Assembly: GCA_964534375.1 (NCBI GenBank)
Contig: CAZHPN010000120.1
Span: forward strand, 1 to 19,414
Reading direction: 5' to 3'
Source of the DNA: an uncultured bacterium
Lineage (GTDB): Bacteria; Lernaellota; Lernaellaia; Lernaellales; Lernaellaceae
Length of the DNA stretch: 19,414 nucleotides
Position numbers and translations under genes: made by a program. Below the pieces are notes generated by a model. That model was not told the origin of the DNA and searched no databases. It worked only from the letters and a program-made list of their open reading frames with translations. Shown here piece by piece: positions 16,201 to 19,414 of this stretch (its first letter is position 1; every line of letters starts with the position of its first letter).

Positions 16201-17403
16201 CGCGGCGTCCTCCTCGCGCTCGCTGAGTTCGCGCTCATGCTTCTGCTCCTGGCCGGCTGCGCCGGCTCGTCGCTGATCGGCCCGCCGCGCGACGGCGAAC
16301 CCGGCGCCCGGTTGCCGTTGCGCACCGTGTGGGTGCGCCAGCTTCTCCCCAATTGGACGGAAGACCTCTTTCGGCCGATGGAGTATGCGGCGCCGACGGT
16401 GGCCGACGGCGTCGTATTTCTCGGCGACAACGAAAACCGGTTTTATGCGTTTCGCGAGACCACCGGCGACATTGTCTGGAAATTCGAAACGTACGGCCCG
16501 GTCGAGTGCGCCGCGGTCGTGGTGGGCGACCTCGTGATTTTCGGCGACGGCGACGGTTACGTTTACGGGCTCAATCGCCGCACGGGCCTTGCCAAATGGA
16601 CGTACCGCGTGCAAGGGCAGGTGCTGGGCCGGCTCGTCTCCGACGGCAAGCTGGTCTTCCTGCGCACCAATCACGAGCGGGTTTACGCGGTGTCCGCCGC
16701 CGACGGCAAATGGAAATGGATGCAGTCGCGCGAGCAGCCGCCGGGCTTCACAATCCGCGACGTCAGCGGCCCGACGGTCGATCGCGGCCGCGTCCTGATC
16801 GGCTACTCCGACGGCTACTTCATGGCCTACAACACCGCTGACGGCGTCGAGATCTTCAAGACGATGCTGGAAAAGGGCGAGCGTTTCGTCGACGTAGATT
16901 CGACGCCGGTGATCGACGGCGACTCGATTTACGTGGCGAGCTACAGCGGGTCGGTCTACAGCCTGTCGCGCGAGACGGCCTCGATGCAGTGGGTGTTCAG
17001 CAAGGGCAGCGTGCAGCGCGTCGCGGTGGTCGGCGACCGGCTGTTCCTCAGCGACATCGAGGGTTTCCTGCGCGCGGTCGACAAGCAGACCGGCAAGGAA
17101 ATCTGGAATTTCGATTTGCGCGAATACGATCTCAAGCGCTCGGTCGCCGAGGGTCCGCGGCGTCGGATCGTCGTGCCGACCAACCCCGTGCCGTACCACG
17201 ACGTGGTGCTGGTCGCCAGTTCCACGGGGTATTTGTACGCGATCGGCCAGAAAGACGGCCAGGTGAAGTGGCAGTTCTGGCCCGGTTTCGGCGTCACCGC
17301 GGAATTGGTCGTCGACGGCGACAACATTTTCCTGCACACCAATTTCGGCAACGTATATTGCCTGAAGCCCAATTCCCTTTTTTACGAACCGCGCTATTAT
17401 TAG
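16147..17403 (+). CDS. bamB: BamB-like PQQ-type beta-propeller lipoprotein
   Basis: Lipobox LLLLAGC; repeated P.V.DG.V[FY]...G.[VL]YA....TG...W blades; position after a YfgM-like gene. The ORF-track start at 15379 is spurious. The real start is 16075 (TAATG overlap), 16147 (GGAG site) or 16237. Orthology is inferred from fold plus synteny. Confidence 0.72.
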   Translation: MTKARFAGSESRIPDSESRGVLLALAEFALMLLLLAGCAGSSLIGPPRDGEPGARLPLRTVWVRQLLPNWTEDLFRPMEYAAPTVADGVVFLGDNENRFYAFRETTGDIVWKFETYGPVECAAVVVGDLVIFGDGDGYVYGLNRRTGLAKWTYRVQGQVLGRLVSDGKLVFLRTNHERVYAVSAADGKWKWMQSREQPPGFTIRDVSGPTVDRGRVLIGYSDGYFMAYNTADGVEIFKTMLEKGERFVDVDSTPVIDGDSIYVASYSGSVYSLSRETASMQWVFSKGSVQRVAVVGDRLFLSDIEGFLRAVDKQTGKEIWNFDLREYDLKRSVAEGPRRRIVVPTNPVPYHDVVLVASSTGYLYAIGQKDGQVKWQFWPGFGVTAELVVDGDNIFLHTNFGNVYCLKPNSLFYEPRYY

Positions 17404-17406
17404 ATC

Positions 17407-18399
17407 ATGTGGCGCAGCACTCGAATCGCGGCGTTGGTGGCGCTGGCAGTCGTTTGCGGGGCGGCGGCGGGCGGTTGCAAGAAAGCGCCGGTCGTGAAGG
17501 TCGACATCCCGATGGCGCTCGTTCCCGCCGGCAGTTTCCAGATGGGTTCGCCGCCCGCGGAGCCCGGCCGCCACGCCGACGAACTCTTGCACGACGTGAC
17601 GTTGCGGCACGCGTTCTATGTGAGCGCGACGCCGGTGACCCAGGGTCAGTATCGCCTCGTCATGGGCACGAATCCAAGCTACTTTAAAAATTGCGGCGAC
17701 GACTGCCCGGTCGAAGAGGTCAACTGGTACGACGCGCTGCAGTTCTGCAACAAGCTCTCGACGCTGCAAGGGCTGGAGCCGTGCTATAACGTCATCGGCA
17801 TCGACGTGGGCTGGAACCGCGAGTGCGCCGGCTACCGCCTGCCGACCGAAGCCGAGTGGGAATATGCCGCCCGGGCCGGCGCCAAAACCGCCTTGCCCAA
17901 CGGCGACCTGCGCGAATTGAACTGCGGCCTCGACCCGAATCTGGATAAGATCGCTTGGTACTGTGGCAATTCCGCCGTGAACTACGCCGGCTGCCTCGAC
18001 GCCTCCGGGGCGGGGGCCGCCGCCAAGTGCGCCGGCACGCACCCGGTCGCGCAGAAGCTGCCGAACGCTTGGCGGCTGTACGACATGGAAGGCGACGTGC
18101 TCGAATGGGTGTGGGATGCCGCCGGCGACTATCCGACGGAGGCCGCGATCGATCCGGACAACGGGGGCGGCGGCTCCGAATACCGCCGCATCAACCGCGG
18201 CTGCGGCTGGCACAATTACGCGTCGTATTGCCGGCCAGCGCTGCGCAACCGCGATCTGCCCGGCGTGCGCGGCAACGGCCTGGGCTTCCGCATCGCCCGC
18301 ACCGCGCCGGCCGCCGCCGCGCCGCCGCCCGCTGTCACGCCGCCGTCCACGGTCATGCAGCCGTCCGCGGTCGCGCCGCCGGCCGCCGCCCGGCCGTAA
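17407..18399 (+). CDS. FGE-sulfatase (SUMF1/formylglycine-generating-enzyme-like fold) domain lipoprotein
   Basis: Leader ending in AGGC; VPAGSFQMGSP, VTQGQY..VMG.NPS.F, PVEEVNWYDA..FCN.LS, GYRLPTEAEWEYAARAG, HPVAQKLPNAW.LYDM.G.V.EWVWD, RG.GW, LGFRIAR; Pro/Ala tail. Confidence 0.9.
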   Translation: MWRSTRIAALVALAVVCGAAAGGCKKAPVVKVDIPMALVPAGSFQMGSPPAEPGRHADELLHDVTLRHAFYVSATPVTQGQYRLVMGTNPSYFKNCGDDCPVEEVNWYDALQFCNKLSTLQGLEPCYNVIGIDVGWNRECAGYRLPTEAEWEYAARAGAKTALPNGDLRELNCGLDPNLDKIAWYCGNSAVNYAGCLDASGAGAAAKCAGTHPVAQKLPNAWRLYDMEGDVLEWVWDAAGDYPTEAAIDPDNGGGGSEYRRINRGCGWHNYASYCRPALRNRDLPGVRGNGLGFRIARTAPAAAAPPPAVTPPSTVMQPSAVAPPAAARP

Positions 18400-18482
18400 A
18401 CCACGACTGCGCCTCTTTTGCTTCAGGCCGCGAGGTTCAACCGAACGTGGTCCCCACGGTAAACGAGTAACACCGAGCGATA

Positions 18483-18592
18483 AAAACTAGGTACAGTCGC
18501 GAATGGCACTAAGTTAAGGCAGAAGCCCTGCAATATTAGCGATTTCGTTTGACCACTCCGGTGGTGGTTTGCTCCAGAATGGCCAGCGATAG
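18483..18592. repeat. 110-bp inverted repeat, right copy (partner at 600-709)
   Basis: 9 mismatches against the reverse complement of 600-709. Confidence 0.95.
18501..18592 (+). mobile_element. Isolated IS4-family end fragment
   Basis: GAATGGCACTAAGTTAAG terminus (18501-18518) followed by the last codons of the DUF6788-like ORF on the minus strand (LSLAILEQTTTGVVKRNR*). Similarity to the left copy stops at 18592. Confidence 0.75.
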
Positions 18593-18650
18593 CGGTTTTG
18601 GTTCTTCTTGTTTGACCAAAAACATCAGACCAAGCGGAAAGGCTCACGTC

Positions 18651-19414
18651 ATGCATGCGAATATGGCATTGGAGCTTCTGGCCGCGGTATCGGGGTGCGG
18701 GTTTTCCCTCGGGACAAGACGCGGGTCTTGTTCCACGAGGAAGGACTGCCTGGTTTTCTGCGGTTGTTTTTGGCGGTGGTGGACGAGGCACTTTGTCTGG
18801 GTCTGGTTCGAGGCCACGGCGCGTGGCGCCCGTCGCCTTGTTGTGCGCAGTCGCGGTATGTGTTTCACGGTCGTTGCGCGCGACGTTGTCGCACCAGCGT
18901 CGGGGAGGTGTCGTTGCGCTGGCGGCGTCTTCAATGCACGCACTGCGGGCGAACGATCATTCCGCTGCGCGCCTTTCTCGGTCTGGATCGCTGGGCGTCC
19001 CACACCGGCGAGTTGGAACAGGTGGTCACCGAGGTGGTCAGCCAGCAGAGCTATCGGCGCGGGGCGGCGCACCTGCGGACGATCGGCGAGATTCCGGCGC
19101 CCAAAAGCACGGCCCACCGCTGGGTGGCGGCGAGCCCCTGCGATCAGTTCGAGGCCTCGCCGGAGCCGTTCGACTATTTGCTGGCCGATGGCACGGGCTA
19201 CAAGGCGCGCGTCGGCGCCGGCGAAAAGGCCGGCGAATTGCGGCTCGCGGTGGGAATCACGGCCGCGGGGCAAACCGTCCGCTGGGCGATTGGACCGGCC
19301 GCAGTTGGGAGGAGATCGGCGCCGATCTTCGCACGCGGCTGGGGCCCAGGGGGCGAGGTTGCTGGTCAGCGACGGCGAGGCCGGACTGGCCGAGGGACTG
19401 GGCGGGCTGGTCGA
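18651..19414 (+). pseudogene. Frameshifted Mutator-like transposase (ISLre2/ISH6/UPF0236-type), running off the window end
   Basis: Three frame changes (near 18712, 19279 and 19350) reconstruct MHANMALELL..GFSL / KTRVLFHEEGL...RTSVGEVSLRWRRLQCTHCGRTIIPLRAFLGL...QSYRRGAAHL...KSTAHRWV...LLADGTGYK...LAVGI / PLGDWTGRSWEEI / LLVSDGEAGLAEGL. RT..G, SYR, ADG and VSDG are typical motifs of these DDE transposases. Confidence 0.78.

Noticed and set aside
640..18213. Long antisense or alternate-frame ORFs (e.g. 640-1806, 4704-5852, 5258-6754, 10055-11656, 11408-12883, 15856-18213)
   Set aside because: Arg/Pro/Gly-rich shadows of real genes, expected in high-GC DNA, with no recognisable motifs.
6723..18399. 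Complete diversity-generating retroelement within the window
   Set aside because: No reverse transcriptase, Avd-like gene or AAC-rich near-identical template repeat was found. The two DUF1566 genes are too diverged to be a TR/VR pair.
17407..18399. True formylglycine-generating enzyme activity
   Set aside because: It is a lipoprotein without an evident catalytic CxxxxC motif before the terminal R...GFR segment, and no sulfatase gene is nearby. Only the fold is supported.
250..19414. Active composite transposon bounded by the inverted IS4 ends
   Set aside because: Both elements are fragments, differ by ~8%, and lack visible outer ends. The enclosed DNA includes a housekeeping-type yfgM-bamB pair. 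IS copies at both ends are also what an assembly broken at repeats would look like.

Overview
GC-rich bacterial DNA. The gene content (Asp-rich lipoproteins, Cys-rich DUF1566 proteins, an AgmX/PglI-like C-terminal domain, WGSS-type propeller repeats) suggests a Myxococcota/deltaproteobacteria-like lineage; this is inference only. Both ends carry decayed insertion sequences. At the left is an internally deleted IS4-family element with a DUF6788-like passenger ORF. At the right is an inverted ~92%-identical copy of the same IS4 end, followed by a frameshifted Mutator-like (ISLre2/ISH6-type) transposase. The ~17.8 kb between them holds 14 apparently intact genes, all predicted membrane, secreted or lipoproteins: a GT-C-like membrane protein, two CsgG/DUF2380-like lipoproteins, a small Cys-rich protein, a GH78 rhamnosidase-like enzyme, a secreted hypothetical, an AgmX/PglI (TonB-C-like) protein, a TolB-like propeller, a GH5 endoglycoceramidase-like enzyme, a Cys-repeat/propeller protein, a DUF1566 lipoprotein, YfgM-like and BamB-like proteins, and an FGE-sulfatase-domain lipoprotein. 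A second, 5'-truncated DUF1566 gene is also present. The most notable signals are: (i) both IS4 ends abut the same 18-bp sequence outside the terminal repeat; (ii) a 187-nt rod-like non-coding hairpin with an alternative fold; (iii) DGR-variable-region-like codon bias in both DUF1566 C-termini, with no RT or template repeat in the window; (iv) a shared Ser-rich/DDD tether on several unrelated lipoproteins; (v) several unrelated short-repeat families packed into intergenic DNA. No rRNA, tRNA or CRISPR array was seen. All family calls come from motif recognition by eye, not database searches.
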